From: Patescibacteria group bacterium
Lineage (GTDB): Bacteria > Patescibacteriota > Patescibacteriia > Patescibacteriales > UBA12465
DNA: 64,000 nucleotides
Assembly (NCBI GenBank): GCA_041658665.1
Contig: JBAZZR010000002.1
Span: 9,147 to 73,146 of the forward strand
Direction of reading: 5' to 3'
The notes below the pieces were generated by a model. It was not told where the DNA came from and did not search any database. It worked only from the letters and a program-made list of their open reading frames with translations. Every line of letters begins with the position of its first letter. Positions within the stretch are counted from its first letter, which is position 1. The position numbers and the translations under genes were made by a program. Shown here one piece after another: positions 38,799 to 49,264 of this stretch.

Positions 38799-41489
38799 TT
38801 ATAAAGCCAACGCCTTTTCGATTTTAATATTAGCTTGCTTATCAATAATAACATTATCGCGGCGCTTTAGTTCGCCACTCAGAATTTTAGTCGCAATAAT
38901 ATCTTCAACTTTATCTTGAAGCAGCCGGCGTAAAGGACGAGCGCCAAATTTAGGATCATATCCTTCTTTAGCTAGTATCTCTACCCCGGCCTTATCGGCT
39001 TTTAGCCCGATCCCCTTATCCGCTAAACTTTTCTTAATCTTTTTAAGCATTAAAGTCGCTACCGTAAAGACGTCTTCCTCACTTAACGGTTTAAAAACAA
39101 TAATGCCGTCGAAACGATTAATTAATTCCGGCCGCATGTACTGATTAAGCTGATTATCAATTAATTCTTGTTTAATTAAATTAAGAGCGGTTTTAGCTTT
39201 AATCTGTTCTTGAATATATAAAGCGCCAATATTAGAAGTCGCGATAATAATAGACTCGGCGAAACTAATCGTCCGCCCCTGCCCGTCCGTCAGTCGGCCG
39301 TCATCGAGCATTTGTAAAAATAAATTTAAAATATCGGGATTAGCTTTCTCGATTTCGTCTAAAAGAACTAACGAAAAAGGTTTTTTCCGAACCGCTTCCG
39401 TTAAATATCCTAGCGTCCCGTCGACATCGCCGATCATCTTCTTAATACTATCGGAAGATTGATATTCGCTCATGTCTAAACGCACTAAATAATCTTCATC
39501 GCCGAAATAAATCTCACTAACTGATTTGGCCAACTCCGTTTTACCGACACCGGTCGGACCAAGAAATAAAAAACTGGCAATCGGCCGTTTACTATCTTTC
39601 ATTTCCGCCCGCGCGCGTCGTAAACTCGCCGCGACGGCCCCGACCGCCTCTGACTGTCCGACTAAACGACGATGAATCTCACTTTCTAAGTTAAGTAATT
39701 TCTGACTCTCGGAAATGGTTACTTTACTAGCAGGGATACCGGTTAATTCGCTAATCGCCGCCGCGACCTGCTCTCGGCCACAAAAACATTTAGTCGGATC
39801 GTCTTTCAATTCTTGCGCCGTAATAATAGCGGCTTTTTCTAATAAATTAATGGCCTTAAGCGGTAAAAATTGATCATGCAAGTAACGACTCGACATGGCG
39901 ACCGCCTGCTCTAAAGCGCTATAAACGATATAAATATCATATTTTGATTCTAAAACGCCGACCTTACTCTCTAAAATTTGAATAGCTTCATCGAACTCCG
40001 GCTCTTTAACTCCAATAGTCGTTAGTCCGTTACCTAAGGCTTTATTTTCGATATAGCGAGTATAGTTTTCCGACGTCGCTGTCGCTAGACAATAAATCTG
40101 ACGACGCCCGAGAGATTCCGCTAGAACCTCAGACACATCCAGACTCTCCTGATTACCGGCGCTAATACCAATTAAATTTTCTATATTATTAATGTATAGT
40201 ATAATGTTGCCGGAACGAGCTAGTTCGTTTAAACTAGTGAGAAGGCGTTCTTGGGCTTGGCTCGGATCGGCCCCCGCCAGTAAACGTGAGACATCAAGCT
40301 CTACTAAACGCTTATCCTTTAAAAACGCCGGAACATTTTCTTCGACCATTAACTGCGCTAGGCCACTGACAATCGCCTTCTTGCCGACCCCCGATGGTCC
40401 GACTAAAAGGACCCCGTTATGTCCGCCGCTAAAAGATTCAAAAATAGAATTGATCTCTTTCTGCCGACCAACACAAATTTCTAAATTTCCCATCTTCGCC
40501 TCAATTGTTAAATCGTGACCAAAATGGTCGAGCGTTGGGGTCGCGATGGCGGTATAAGCGCGATTCATATTACTACCTGGTTTTAAAAGCGCTAAACGCC
40601 GATAATTATGATAACTCTCTAAAAGACGCCGGTTGACTCGAAACCAAGCGACGGTATTATAAATCTTCGCGAGATCAATTTCTAATTCATCTAAAATTTC
40701 CCTTAAAGAATCGTTCTTATCATAACAAAATAAAATAATATTTAAGACGTCGACACTGTTTTGCTGAAGACGACAGGCGTCAGCAAAAGCCGACACTAAA
40801 ATTTCCTGTAAATTCGCGGCTAATTCAATATGACCAAGTCTTTTTTTGTCGAACGGTTCAGCTAAATGTCGGTCGACTAAGCTTACTAATCTTTTAGCGT
40901 CAACATTTAAACGAATAAAAAGATTCTGAATTTCTTTATTTTTTAAAAGTACTCGAAAAAGATGAATAACTCCCACTTCTGATTGACGTAATGAATTCGC
41001 TAAAAGATAAGCCTCCTCAATTATTTTAAAACTACTAGCCGAATAAGCGCCCGCTACATTATATTTCCGACTAGATTTACGACTCGCCTGAGTTGGTTTT
41101 TTAGAATTTGCCGAAAAAAGTCGATAATTGATTTTTTGGTCAGAAATTTTAGCCCGGCTGACTGAATAGATTAAAAATAAATCAAACCATAAAGATAAAA
41201 CAAAAATAAAAATCAAAGGATCGAAATCATGAGCTAAAAGCGCCTTAAGGGGTTGAGCAATAAAGCCGACCCGATGCTGAAATAACCAGACGCCACCCGC
41301 TAACCAACCCACTAAAACAACGAGCCAATTCAAAAATCTCAAAAAATAAGTAATTTTTTCTTTAACGCGACCTAAACGTATTATTGAACCACGTAAATCG
41401 CTACCCCAAAAAATAAAACGACCCAAAAACCAGGCGCCGGGACGACCACTGTTTTGTTCGGCAGTAAAATTTAATTTCTCCATCGACAT
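38799..41489 (-). CDS. membrane-anchored Clp/Hsp100-family AAA+ protein with a degenerate first ATPase module
   Basis: N-terminal TM helices and Clp_N-like repeats. D1 has GPSGVGKK with Walker B ILYINNIENL (DE replaced by NN). D2 is intact ([26 protein letters not shown]). Confidence 0.8.
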   Translation of the reverse strand: MSMEKLNFTAEQNSGRPGAWFLGRFIFWGSDLRGSIIRLGRVKEKITYFLRFLNWLVVLVGWLAGGVWLFQHRVGFIAQPLKALLAHDFDPLIFIFVLSLWFDLFLIYSVSRAKISDQKINYRLFSANSKKPTQASRKSSRKYNVAGAYSASSFKIIEEAYLLANSLRQSEVGVIHLFRVLLKNKEIQNLFIRLNVDAKRLVSLVDRHLAEPFDKKRLGHIELAANLQEILVSAFADACRLQQNSVDVLNIILFCYDKNDSLREILDELEIDLAKIYNTVAWFRVNRRLLESYHNYRRLALLKPGSNMNRAYTAIATPTLDHFGHDLTIEAKMGNLEICVGRQKEINSIFESFSGGHNGVLLVGPSGVGKKAIVSGLAQLMVEENVPAFLKDKRLVELDVSRLLAGADPSQAQERLLTSLNELARSGNIILYINNIENLIGISAGNQESLDVSEVLAESLGRRQIYCLATATSENYTRYIENKALGNGLTTIGVKEPEFDEAIQILESKVGVLESKYDIYIVYSALEQAVAMSSRYLHDQFLPLKAINLLEKAAIITAQELKDDPTKCFCGREQVAAAISELTGIPASKVTISESQKLLNLESEIHRRLVGQSEAVGAVAASLRRARAEMKDSKRPIASFLFLGPTGVGKTELAKSVSEIYFGDEDYLVRLDMSEYQSSDSIKKMIGDVDGTLGYLTEAVRKKPFSLVLLDEIEKANPDILNLFLQMLDDGRLTDGQGRTISFAESIIIATSNIGALYIQEQIKAKTALNLIKQELIDNQLNQYMRPELINRFDGIIVFKPLSEEDVFTVATLMLKKIKKSLADKGIGLKADKAGVEILAKEGYDPKFGARPLRRLLQDKVEDIIATKILSGELKRRDNVIIDKQANIKIEKALAL

Positions 41490-41529
41490 ATAAGAGGCTG
41501 ACTAGATTGCCTAGCACAATCAAAAAAAT

Positions 41530-41898
41530 TTAATGTAAAAATTGAAAAACGGAAATTAGCAAAAGAAGAGGAAAAGACAAAAGCCAGGCAACTAAAATAA
41601 ATAAAACCACTAAAAACCAAACTAATAAAACCGCCCCCCGAAAAATAATTTGAATGAGGCGCATAATAAAACTGATAATTCGACTAGCCATATCGCGCTG
41701 GCCATACATCGGCACAAAAATATTCTTGAGCCAAATACTAAAACCGAGAGCTTTTTCTTGACCGCGCCAAAATTTCACTAAATTCTTAAGTAAGAGCATT
41801 AAACCGACGCTGTACCACCAAATTGGAAAATACAAAATTTCTCCTAAAATCTGAAAAATAATCTTGCCGCTATAAGTTAAAAAATTGTTTTCAAGCAT
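41530..41898 (-). CDS. small polytopic membrane protein, co-oriented upstream partner of the anchored Hsp100 paralog
   Basis: 122-aa hydrophobic ORF, 40 nt upstream of 41489. Confidence 0.45.
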   Translation of the reverse strand: MLENNFLTYSGKIIFQILGEILYFPIWWYSVGLMLLLKNLVKFWRGQEKALGFSIWLKNIFVPMYGQRDMASRIISFIMRLIQIIFRGAVLLVWFLVVLFILVAWLLSFPLLLLISVFQFLH

Positions 41899-41927
41899 AT
41901 CATTATAATAGCATGATTATTTTCCGA

Positions 41928-41956
41928 TTGACAACTAATCGGCCTTATATTATGAT
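41928..41956 (+). promoter_or_regulatory. sigma-70-type promoter of clpB
   Basis: TTGACA (41928-41933), 17-nt spacer, TATGAT (41951-41956). Confidence 0.55.
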
Positions 41957-41961
41957 ATAAA

Positions 41962-41988
41962 TTAGCAGTCTCTTAATAAGAGTGCTAA
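41962..41988. promoter_or_regulatory. CIRCE element (HrcA operator)
   Basis: TTAGCAGTC-N9-GAGTGCTAA versus the consensus TTAGCACTC-N9-GAGTGCTAA (1 mismatch). Lies between the promoter and the clpB start. Confidence 0.8.
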
Positions 41989-42007
41989 TAACTCTTACCA
42001 CAATTAT

Positions 42008-44659
42008 ATGCTTAATAATATGTTCAATAAATTCACGGATAAATCCCAAGAAGCTATCATTAACGCTCAAATAATCGCGACCAGCTACGGCCAAGCGAAT
42101 ATTGAGGCGGTTCATATCCTGCTTTCCCTTCTGCAACAGAATGAAAGTTTAATCAAGCCGATTTTAGAAAAAATGAAAATCGATCCGGAAATAATCGAAG
42201 AATATACAATTATTGCTATCCAAAAACTACCTCGCTTTAAAATAAACCCGAGCGGCGGCCCGGTACAGGCCGTCTCGGGTACAGCGGAAACAGCGGTGAT
42301 TTTAGAACGAGCGCAAAAAGAAGCTGACGGGATGAGCGATGATTTTATTTCTACTGAACATATTCTTCTCGCCTTGATCGGCGTTCCCTCGCCGGCCCAA
42401 ACTATTTTACTTAATTTTAAAGTCGACTACCAAAGCGTTAAAAATATCCTAAAAGAACTCCGCGGCTCGCAAACGATTACCGATCCCTTTCCGGAAAATA
42501 AATATAAAGTGCTAGAAAAATATACAACTAATCTAACCGAACTGGCCCGCCAGGAAAAACTTGACCCCGTCGTTGGTCGCGATCAGGAAATTCGCCGCAT
42601 TATGCAGGTACTTCTGCGCCGCACTAAAAATAATCCGGTTCTTATCGGCGAAGCCGGTACCGGTAAAACCGCGATTGTCGAAGGCTTAGCGCAAAGAATA
42701 ATTACCGGCGATGTTCCAGAAAATCTTAAAAATAAAGAAATAGTTACGCTTGACCTCGGCGCTTTAGTCGCCGGCGCCAAGTTCCGCGGCGAATTTGAAG
42801 ATCGCCTAAAAGCCGTTCTAAAAGAAGTAAAATCCCAAAATGGCCGCATCATCTTATTTATTGATGAACTCCATACTTTAATCGGCGCCGGCGCCTCGGA
42901 AGGATCGATGGACGCTTCTAATATGTTAAAGCCCGCTCTCGCCCGGGGCGAACTCCGGACTATTGGCGCGACGACGACTAAAGAATACCAAAAATATATC
43001 GAAAAAGACGCCGCGCTAGAAAGAAGATTCCAACCAATTTATGTCAGCGAACCTAGCGTGGACGATACTATTAGTATGCTCCGCGGACTTAAAGAAAAAT
43101 ATGAAGTCCATCACGGCGTTCGGATTACCGATAACGCCCTAATTGCGGCAGCCAAACTCTCTAATCGTTATATTAGCGATCGTTTTTTGCCCGACAAAGC
43201 CGTAGACTTAATCGACGAAGCGACTTCTTCGCTCCGGATGGAAATCGATTCCATGCCCGATGAACTCGATCAATTAAAAAGAAAAATAAATCAATTAGAA
43301 TTAAATAAAGCGGGGCTAATGACTACCGACAAAAAATCTTCGAAACTACGGACCTTAAATATCGAATTAGCTAAACTAAAAGAAAAAGCCGACCAATTAG
43401 AACTCCACTGGAACAACGAAAAAATGATTATCTCTCAAATTCGGGAATCAAAAAAAGCCATGGAGGATCTAAAAATAAAAGCGGAAATCGCTCAACGACA
43501 AGGCGCTGATTTAACCGAGGTCGCTAAAATAAAATACGGTCTAATCCCGGAACTGGAAAATAAAATTAAAAACTCTCAAGAAGAATTATTAAAGATTCAA
43601 AAAAAAGGACAAAGAATTTTAAAAGAAGAAGTTGATGAAGAAGATATCGCTAAAGTCGTCGCCCGCTGGACCGGTATTCCGGTCAATCGCATGTTGCAAG
43701 ACGAAATTTATAAATTAAGCGCCGCGGAAACCGCTTTGAATAAAGAAGTCGTGGGCCAAGACGAAGCGATTAAAGCAGTAGCTAACGCCCTCCGCCGCAG
43801 CCGCGCCGGCATTAACGAAGAAAAAAAACCAATCGGTTCTTTCTTATTTGTCGGACCGACCGGTGTCGGAAAAACCGAATTAGCTAAAGCGCTAGCTAAT
43901 TTTATTTTCGACGACGAAAAAGCCCTAATCCGTTTAGACATGAGCGAGTTTATGGAAAAACATAGCGTCGCGAAACTAATCGGCTCGCCTCCCGGCTACG
44001 TTGGTTATGACGAAGGCGGACAATTAACCGATCGCGTCCGCCGCCATCCTTATAGCGTCGTTTTGTTCGACGAAATTGAAAAAGCTCATCCGGATATGTT
44101 TAATATGCTTCTGCAAATTTTGGATGATGGACGCCTAACCGATTCTAAAGGACGAACAATCAATTTCAAAAATACCATAATTATCATGACTTCAAATCTG
44201 GGAAACGAAATTATCAAACAATATTCCATCGGCTTTAATGACGCGAGCGATAAAGACCAAGCCACTAAATTCCGAACCGAAGAGATGAAAGAAAAAATCG
44301 ATAAAATTTTGAAGAATCATTTTAAACTCGAATTTTTAAATCGCATCGACGAAATCGTCCTCTTCCGCAGTCTCACGCCCGAAGCGCTCGAGCGGATTGT
44401 TGATCTCGAATTACTAAAAGTGGAAAAAAGATTAGGTAATAAAAATATTCTAGTTAAAGTCAGCCCGAAAATCAAAAAACTCTTAGCCGAAAAGGGTTAT
44501 GATATAAGTTACGGCGCCCGCCCCTTAAAACGAATAATTCAAACAATGATTCTCGACGAATTAGCTTTAGAAATAATTGCCGGAAAAATAAAGGAAGGCG
44601 ATAAAGTAAAAATTGATTTAGAAGAAAAAGAAAAAGTAGTCTTAAGAGTGAATGGCTAA
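42008..44659 (+). CDS. clpB: chaperone ClpB (true start probably MFNKF at 42020)
   Basis: Clp_N domain, two intact AAA+ modules ([16 protein letters not shown]; [19 protein letters not shown]) and a long coiled-coil middle domain. Confidence 0.9.
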   Translation: MLNNMFNKFTDKSQEAIINAQIIATSYGQANIEAVHILLSLLQQNESLIKPILEKMKIDPEIIEEYTIIAIQKLPRFKINPSGGPVQAVSGTAETAVILERAQKEADGMSDDFISTEHILLALIGVPSPAQTILLNFKVDYQSVKNILKELRGSQTITDPFPENKYKVLEKYTTNLTELARQEKLDPVVGRDQEIRRIMQVLLRRTKNNPVLIGEAGTGKTAIVEGLAQRIITGDVPENLKNKEIVTLDLGALVAGAKFRGEFEDRLKAVLKEVKSQNGRIILFIDELHTLIGAGASEGSMDASNMLKPALARGELRTIGATTTKEYQKYIEKDAALERRFQPIYVSEPSVDDTISMLRGLKEKYEVHHGVRITDNALIAAAKLSNRYISDRFLPDKAVDLIDEATSSLRMEIDSMPDELDQLKRKINQLELNKAGLMTTDKKSSKLRTLNIELAKLKEKADQLELHWNNEKMIISQIRESKKAMEDLKIKAEIAQRQGADLTEVAKIKYGLIPELENKIKNSQEELLKIQKKGQRILKEEVDEEDIAKVVARWTGIPVNRMLQDEIYKLSAAETALNKEVVGQDEAIKAVANALRRSRAGINEEKKPIGSFLFVGPTGVGKTELAKALANFIFDDEKALIRLDMSEFMEKHSVAKLIGSPPGYVGYDEGGQLTDRVRRHPYSVVLFDEIEKAHPDMFNMLLQILDDGRLTDSKGRTINFKNTIIIMTSNLGNEIIKQYSIGFNDASDKDQATKFRTEEMKEKIDKILKNHFKLEFLNRIDEIVLFRSLTPEALERIVDLELLKVEKRLGNKNILVKVSPKIKKLLAEKGYDISYGARPLKRIIQTMILDELALEIIAGKIKEGDKVKIDLEEKEKVVLRVNG

Positions 44660-44768
44660 ATATCTCTAGCTATCATGTTTGGCCTAAAAAGCATCACTAA
44701 CAATGATGTTTTTTTAGTCAAAATTTCCTAGATTTGTCCGAAACAGAAAATTATATTATAATAGAGGG

Positions 44769-46274
44769 ATGTTAAATCTAAAAAGATATTATTATTTCAG
44801 CTTCGTTCTCCTGGCCTTATTTTTTTTAGGGGTGCCAGAGGCCGGGCGCGCTCAATTAGAAATTGATCCTAATTTTAATCCCGATAATATAATTACGGAC
44901 CGAGAGATGCTTAGTTATGATGCGATGAGTCTTGGCGATATTCAGAGATTTCTTGAAAATAAAGGTAGTTACTTGGCTAATTATTCGACTCTCAACACAC
45001 ACGGCGATCAAAAAACGGCCGCCGAAATAATTTATGACGCGACTCATAATAATTATGATTGCGATGACGCTATTTTAAGCGATAGCCCGACGGAAAACGA
45101 AAAAAAACTTAAATGTCAAAAAATAACAACGATTAATCCCAAGGCGCTATTAGTCCTCCTGCAAAAAGAAGAAAGTTTAATTGAAGACAGTAATCCGCCC
45201 CAAAGTCATCTCGATTGGGCTACTGGTTATTTTATTTACGATGGCATGCTAACTTGCACGCCTTATGACCGGTGTTGGAGATATAAAGGTTTTGGTAAAC
45301 AAGTTAACAGCGCCGCTCTCCAGTTTCTCGCTTACATGCAACAGCCTACTCGCTATAATTACCGCGCCGGCCAAACTTACTCTATAAGTAGTACAGTCCA
45401 GCCCTACTTAACAACGGCTAACCAGACAATGCTCGTTACTCCCCAAAACCAAGCCACGGCCGCTTTATATAATTACACTCCTCACGTCTTTAATGGCAAC
45501 TATAATTTTTATAAGCTGTGGAACCGCTATTTTCCTAAATCCTCTCAAATCTATCCCGACGGTTCTCTGTTACAAGCTAGAGGAAACCCGGGAGTCTGGT
45601 TAATTGAAAACGGTAAAAAAAGAGGCTTCACTAATTACTCGGCCTTTGTTTCCCGCTTTAAACCAAGTCAAATTGTTAAAGTAGAAGTAAATGACTTAGA
45701 TTATTATGCTACTGGCGAACCGATCCGATTCGCTAACTATTCTCTAGTTCAGACCCCGGACAAAAAAATCTATCTCTTAGTCGACAAAGAAAAAAGGCTT
45801 TTCGCGGACCAAACGGTCTTTAAAAAATTTGGTTTTAACCCCGTTGAAATTGAAAATGCCGCTCCGGAAGATCTAGTTGATTACAAAATCGGCAAAACTA
45901 TTACCGCTACTTCGACCTATGTGACCGGCGTCTTACTTCAAGATAGTAAAAACGGTTCTATTTATTATGTCGAAGATAAAACTAAAGCCGCGGTTGATAA
46001 AATTCTCCTAACCACTAAATATGTAGGGAAAAAGATCCTTAAAAAAACCACTAAAGAATTAGAGACTTACAAGACGATAGCGCCGGTTCTCCTCGATGAG
46101 GGCCAACTTGCTAAAACTGATAACTTTCCGACTATTTATTTAATTTCGGGTGGCAGAAAAAGACCTTTCGCTGATGACCAGACTTTTAATAGATTAGGTT
46201 ATAATCCAAAAAATGTTATTACGGCTTCATCGCAATTTCTTTATAACTATGATATGGGGGAAACGATTAAATAA
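44769..46274 (+). CDS. secreted protein, function unknown
   Basis: 501-aa ORF with an N-terminal signal-like helix. Terminator downstream. Confidence 0.5.
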   Translation: MLNLKRYYYFSFVLLALFFLGVPEAGRAQLEIDPNFNPDNIITDREMLSYDAMSLGDIQRFLENKGSYLANYSTLNTHGDQKTAAEIIYDATHNNYDCDDAILSDSPTENEKKLKCQKITTINPKALLVLLQKEESLIEDSNPPQSHLDWATGYFIYDGMLTCTPYDRCWRYKGFGKQVNSAALQFLAYMQQPTRYNYRAGQTYSISSTVQPYLTTANQTMLVTPQNQATAALYNYTPHVFNGNYNFYKLWNRYFPKSSQIYPDGSLLQARGNPGVWLIENGKKRGFTNYSAFVSRFKPSQIVKVEVNDLDYYATGEPIRFANYSLVQTPDKKIYLLVDKEKRLFADQTVFKKFGFNPVEIENAAPEDLVDYKIGKTITATSTYVTGVLLQDSKNGSIYYVEDKTKAAVDKILLTTKYVGKKILKKTTKELETYKTIAPVLLDEGQLAKTDNFPTIYLISGGRKRPFADDQTFNRLGYNPKNVITASSQFLYNYDMGETIK

Positions 46275-46343
46275 ATTGAGTCATTAAGAAAAACGGGCTC
46301 TAATAATAGACTAGAGGCTCTAATTAAAGAACTAAAAACTGGA

Positions 46344-46374
46344 AAATAGACACCTAAAAAGTGTCTATTTTATT
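46344..46374 (+). terminator. intrinsic terminator
   Basis: aaatagacac/gtgtctattt stem followed by a T-rich tail. Confidence 0.6.
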
Positions 46375-46466
46375 ACTCCTGTTTACACGTCATAAAACAT
46401 ATTGTGTGTCAACTTCCCCAAAAAAACAAAAAAGACTATACTAAAAATACCTAAAATACAGAATTT

Positions 46467-47267
46467 ATGCCACTGCTCATTAGCGCCTTATTACCCCATT
46501 CGCCTCTTTTAATCCCGGAAATCGGCCGGGCTAATTATGATTTTCTCGCTAAAACCGTAGCGGCCTATCAAGAAATAGAAACTGAACTAAAAACTCAGGA
46601 AATAAATACTCTGATTATTATCAGCCCGCATGGCCTTAAACAAGAAACGGCTTTTACTTTAAATGTCGCTCCCGAAATGTCTATTAATCTCCAGGACTTT
46701 GGCTTCATCCCGCCTAAAACTATTTTTAACGGCGATGCCCTCTTAGCCGATCAAATTCAAAAAACCCTAAGACCAGATTTCAGCCTCCAACTAATTTCCG
46801 AAGAAATCTTAGACTACGGCAGCGCCATTCCCTTATATCTATTTAAAAGCTTACTAAATAAAATAAAAATAATTACTATTTATCCGGCCAGCGATCTTAA
46901 CGACGAAACACAGTTTAAATTCGGCCAAGCCCTAAAAATAGTTTTAGAAAACAGCGATAAAAAAATCGCCCTGATTGCTTCGGGCGACCTGTCACATCGT
47001 CTGAAAAAAAAATCACCGGGCGGCTACTCGCCCAAAGGCGCTAAATTCGATAATAAATTAATTGAATTTCTCAGCGTCGCTGAAACGGCGGCCGAAAATA
47101 TCCTAACAATGGACACTAAACTAATAAAAGACGCGGGCGAATGCGGTTTACATCCTCTATTAATTTTACTAGGCGCTATCACAAGCCGAACTCGACAATC
47201 TCAGCTCCTAGCCTATCAAACTGATTTTGGTATCGGTTATTTAAGCTTCAACTTTAAACTCAATTAA
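46467..47267 (+). CDS. class III extradiol dioxygenase subunit B-like (LigB/MEMO-type) protein
   Basis: N-terminal LLPHSPLLIPEIG, IIISPHG and ASGDLSHRL motifs, typical of the LigB-like fold. Confidence 0.55.
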   Translation: MPLLISALLPHSPLLIPEIGRANYDFLAKTVAAYQEIETELKTQEINTLIIISPHGLKQETAFTLNVAPEMSINLQDFGFIPPKTIFNGDALLADQIQKTLRPDFSLQLISEEILDYGSAIPLYLFKSLLNKIKIITIYPASDLNDETQFKFGQALKIVLENSDKKIALIASGDLSHRLKKKSPGGYSPKGAKFDNKLIEFLSVAETAAENILTMDTKLIKDAGECGLHPLLILLGAITSRTRQSQLLAYQTDFGIGYLSFNFKLN

Positions 47268-47276
47268 AATAAATTC

Positions 47277-47537
47277 ATGTCGGATACTTTCCAGTCTTTT
47301 TCAGACATCATAAAAAATAAAAAAAATTGCCCCGCGCCGGCCTATCCCTGGCAAGATCTCGCGCTCCGAGTCATTAAAGAATTATCTATTCCTGGCTTCA
47401 AACGTAGCGCGATTTTTAAAGTTTGCAAAGAAAAAACTAGTCAACAAATCGAAATTGCTCTAACTGATACTAAAGAATTATGTTTGAGCGGCAGTAAATG
47501 GCAATATTTCTTTAAAATCATCGATCAAAAAAAATAA
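47277..47537 (+). CDS. small hypothetical protein
   Basis: 86-aa ORF tightly packed between neighbouring genes. Confidence 0.4.
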   Translation: MSDTFQSFSDIIKNKKNCPAPAYPWQDLALRVIKELSIPGFKRSAIFKVCKEKTSQQIEIALTDTKELCLSGSKWQYFFKIIDQKK

Positions 47538-47549
47538 TTATTTAACTAT

Positions 47550-48050
47550 ATGCCTAAACAATTAAATATAATTACTAATCCTCACCCCATCTTAAGGAAA
47601 ATATCGGCTCCCCTATCTTTAGAGATAATCAAAAGCCCAGAGTTCCGCAATCTTTTAGCGGATATGGAGGAAACCGTAATCCATAAAGACGGCGCCGGAC
47701 TAGCCGCTCCTCAAATCGGTCAAAATATTCGCTTAATACTAGTTCGCCATGAAAATAAAACCATCTTCTTAATCAACCCCCAGATTACTAAAAAGTCTTG
47801 GGCGAGAGAAATCGAAGAAGAGGGCTGTCTCTCCGTCCTCGACGAAAAGGGAGAAATTATTTATGCCCCCGTCGAGCGCCATAAAAAAATTAACTGTATT
47901 TATTTAGATAAGAATGGGGAGAAAAAAAAGTTAATGGCCGAAAAAATGTTAGCGCGCGTTTTACAACACGAAACGGACCACTTAGACGGCATACTTTTTA
48001 TCGACAAGATAGCGAAAACCAAAAAAAATAAACCTAAAAACAAAAAATAA
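47550..48050 (+). CDS. def: peptide deformylase
   Basis: GLAAPQIG, EGCLS and HETDH motifs. Confidence 0.9.
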   Translation: MPKQLNIITNPHPILRKISAPLSLEIIKSPEFRNLLADMEETVIHKDGAGLAAPQIGQNIRLILVRHENKTIFLINPQITKKSWAREIEEEGCLSVLDEKGEIIYAPVERHKKINCIYLDKNGEKKKLMAEKMLARVLQHETDHLDGILFIDKIAKTKKNKPKNKK

Positions 48051-48072
48051 TATATACCGTAAAAAATAATAT

Positions 48073-49050
48073 ATGCTGACTCAGGATGCTAAAAATAAAA
48101 CCCGCTTAATTTTTATGGGCACGCCAGATTTCGCTGTCCCTGGTTTAATGAGTTTAATAGCGACACCGGATTTTGCCATAATCGGCGTCTTTACGCAAAG
48201 CGATAAACCGATCGGACGAAAACAATTATTAACTCCAACGGCAATAAAAACGACGGCTCTCCAAAATAATTTAAAAATTTTCCAGCCAGTAAAAATAAAA
48301 ACCACCACGGAGATTATCCGCTCACTAAAACCAGACTTAATTGTGGTCATCGCTTATGGCCAAATAATCCCGCCCGATATTTTAGCTATCCCGACTTATG
48401 GCTGTCTTAATGTCCATGCTTCCCTCCTGCCGAAATATCGAGGAGCCGCTTGCCTCAACGTTCCGATCTTAAACGGTGATGAGGAAACGGGAATAACAAT
48501 CATGAAAATGGAGGCTGGTTTAGACACCGGGCCAATATTAAAACAGATAAAAATAAAATTGAACGGCCAAGAAACCTTAGAAACCGTTCATGATAAACTA
48601 GCGGCTTTGAGCGCTGACTTATTAATCCCGACCTTGCGCGATTTTCTAGCAAAAAAAATAAAACCAAAAGAACAAGATGAATCCCAGGCGAGCTATGTTA
48701 AAACCTTAAAAAAGGAGGACGGCCGCATAAACTGGAAAAAAACCGCGCTGGAAATAGAACGGAGTGTTCGCGCTTATAATCCTTGGCCGGGGACTTATAC
48801 TTTAATGATAACGGGCGACGACCAAGAATCTCATCATAAAATTATTAAAATATTAAAAACAGAACATCAACCATTAGCCATAAATAAATACAAAATTGGC
48901 GAGATATTTAAGGAAAATAATAAATTAATGATCCAATGTGGACAAGATTCTTTAGTTATATTAAACTTACAAATTGAAGGGAAAAAGGCTTTATCAGCCG
49001 AAGAATTTATCAGAGGCTATAGTAGCTTAATTGGACAAACCCTTAATTAA
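48073..49050 (+). CDS. fmt: methionyl-tRNA formyltransferase
   Basis: HASLLPKYRGAA motif, N-terminal formyltransferase fold, follows def. Confidence 0.9.
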   Translation: MLTQDAKNKTRLIFMGTPDFAVPGLMSLIATPDFAIIGVFTQSDKPIGRKQLLTPTAIKTTALQNNLKIFQPVKIKTTTEIIRSLKPDLIVVIAYGQIIPPDILAIPTYGCLNVHASLLPKYRGAACLNVPILNGDEETGITIMKMEAGLDTGPILKQIKIKLNGQETLETVHDKLAALSADLLIPTLRDFLAKKIKPKEQDESQASYVKTLKKEDGRINWKKTALEIERSVRAYNPWPGTYTLMITGDDQESHHKIIKILKTEHQPLAINKYKIGEIFKENNKLMIQCGQDSLVILNLQIEGKKALSAEEFIRGYSSLIGQTLN

Positions 49051-49054
49051 ATAT

Positions 49055-49126
49055 GGTCCCTTCGTCTAACGGTTAGGACGCCAGGTTCTCATCCTGGTAA
49101 CAGGGGTTCGATTCCCCTAGGGACTA
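49055..49126 (+). tRNA. tRNA-Glu (anticodon CTC)
   Basis: Acceptor GGTCCCT/AGGGACT, anticodon arm CCAGG-TTCTCAT-CCTGG, T-arm AGGGG-TTCGATT-CCCCT. Confidence 0.9.
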
Positions 49127-49170
49127 CTATTGGGGAACTAGCGTGTGCCAGTTCTCTTTTCGTTTGTAGA

Positions 49171-49245
49171 ATTAGGGAAATTTTAGGTGTTCGATTTCCT
49201 GTAAAATCAAAAAAAGGTTTTTCGAGAAAAATAAAGCTCCTGTAT
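49171..49245. repeat. degenerate/truncated copy (U0) of the cassette junction element, abutting tRNA-Glu
   Basis: Shares gtaaaatcaaaaaaagg and agctcc with U3 (tataaatcaaaaaaagctcc), plus a weak match to the right half of the core (gaaat, aaaattt). Confidence 0.4.
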
Positions 49246-49264
49246 CTATTGGTAAAATTGATAT

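Noticed and set aside
41945-42136. 63-aa minus-strand ORF overlapping the clpB start
   Set aside because: It covers the clpB promoter, CIRCE element and 5' coding region. No ribosome-binding site or homology-like features.
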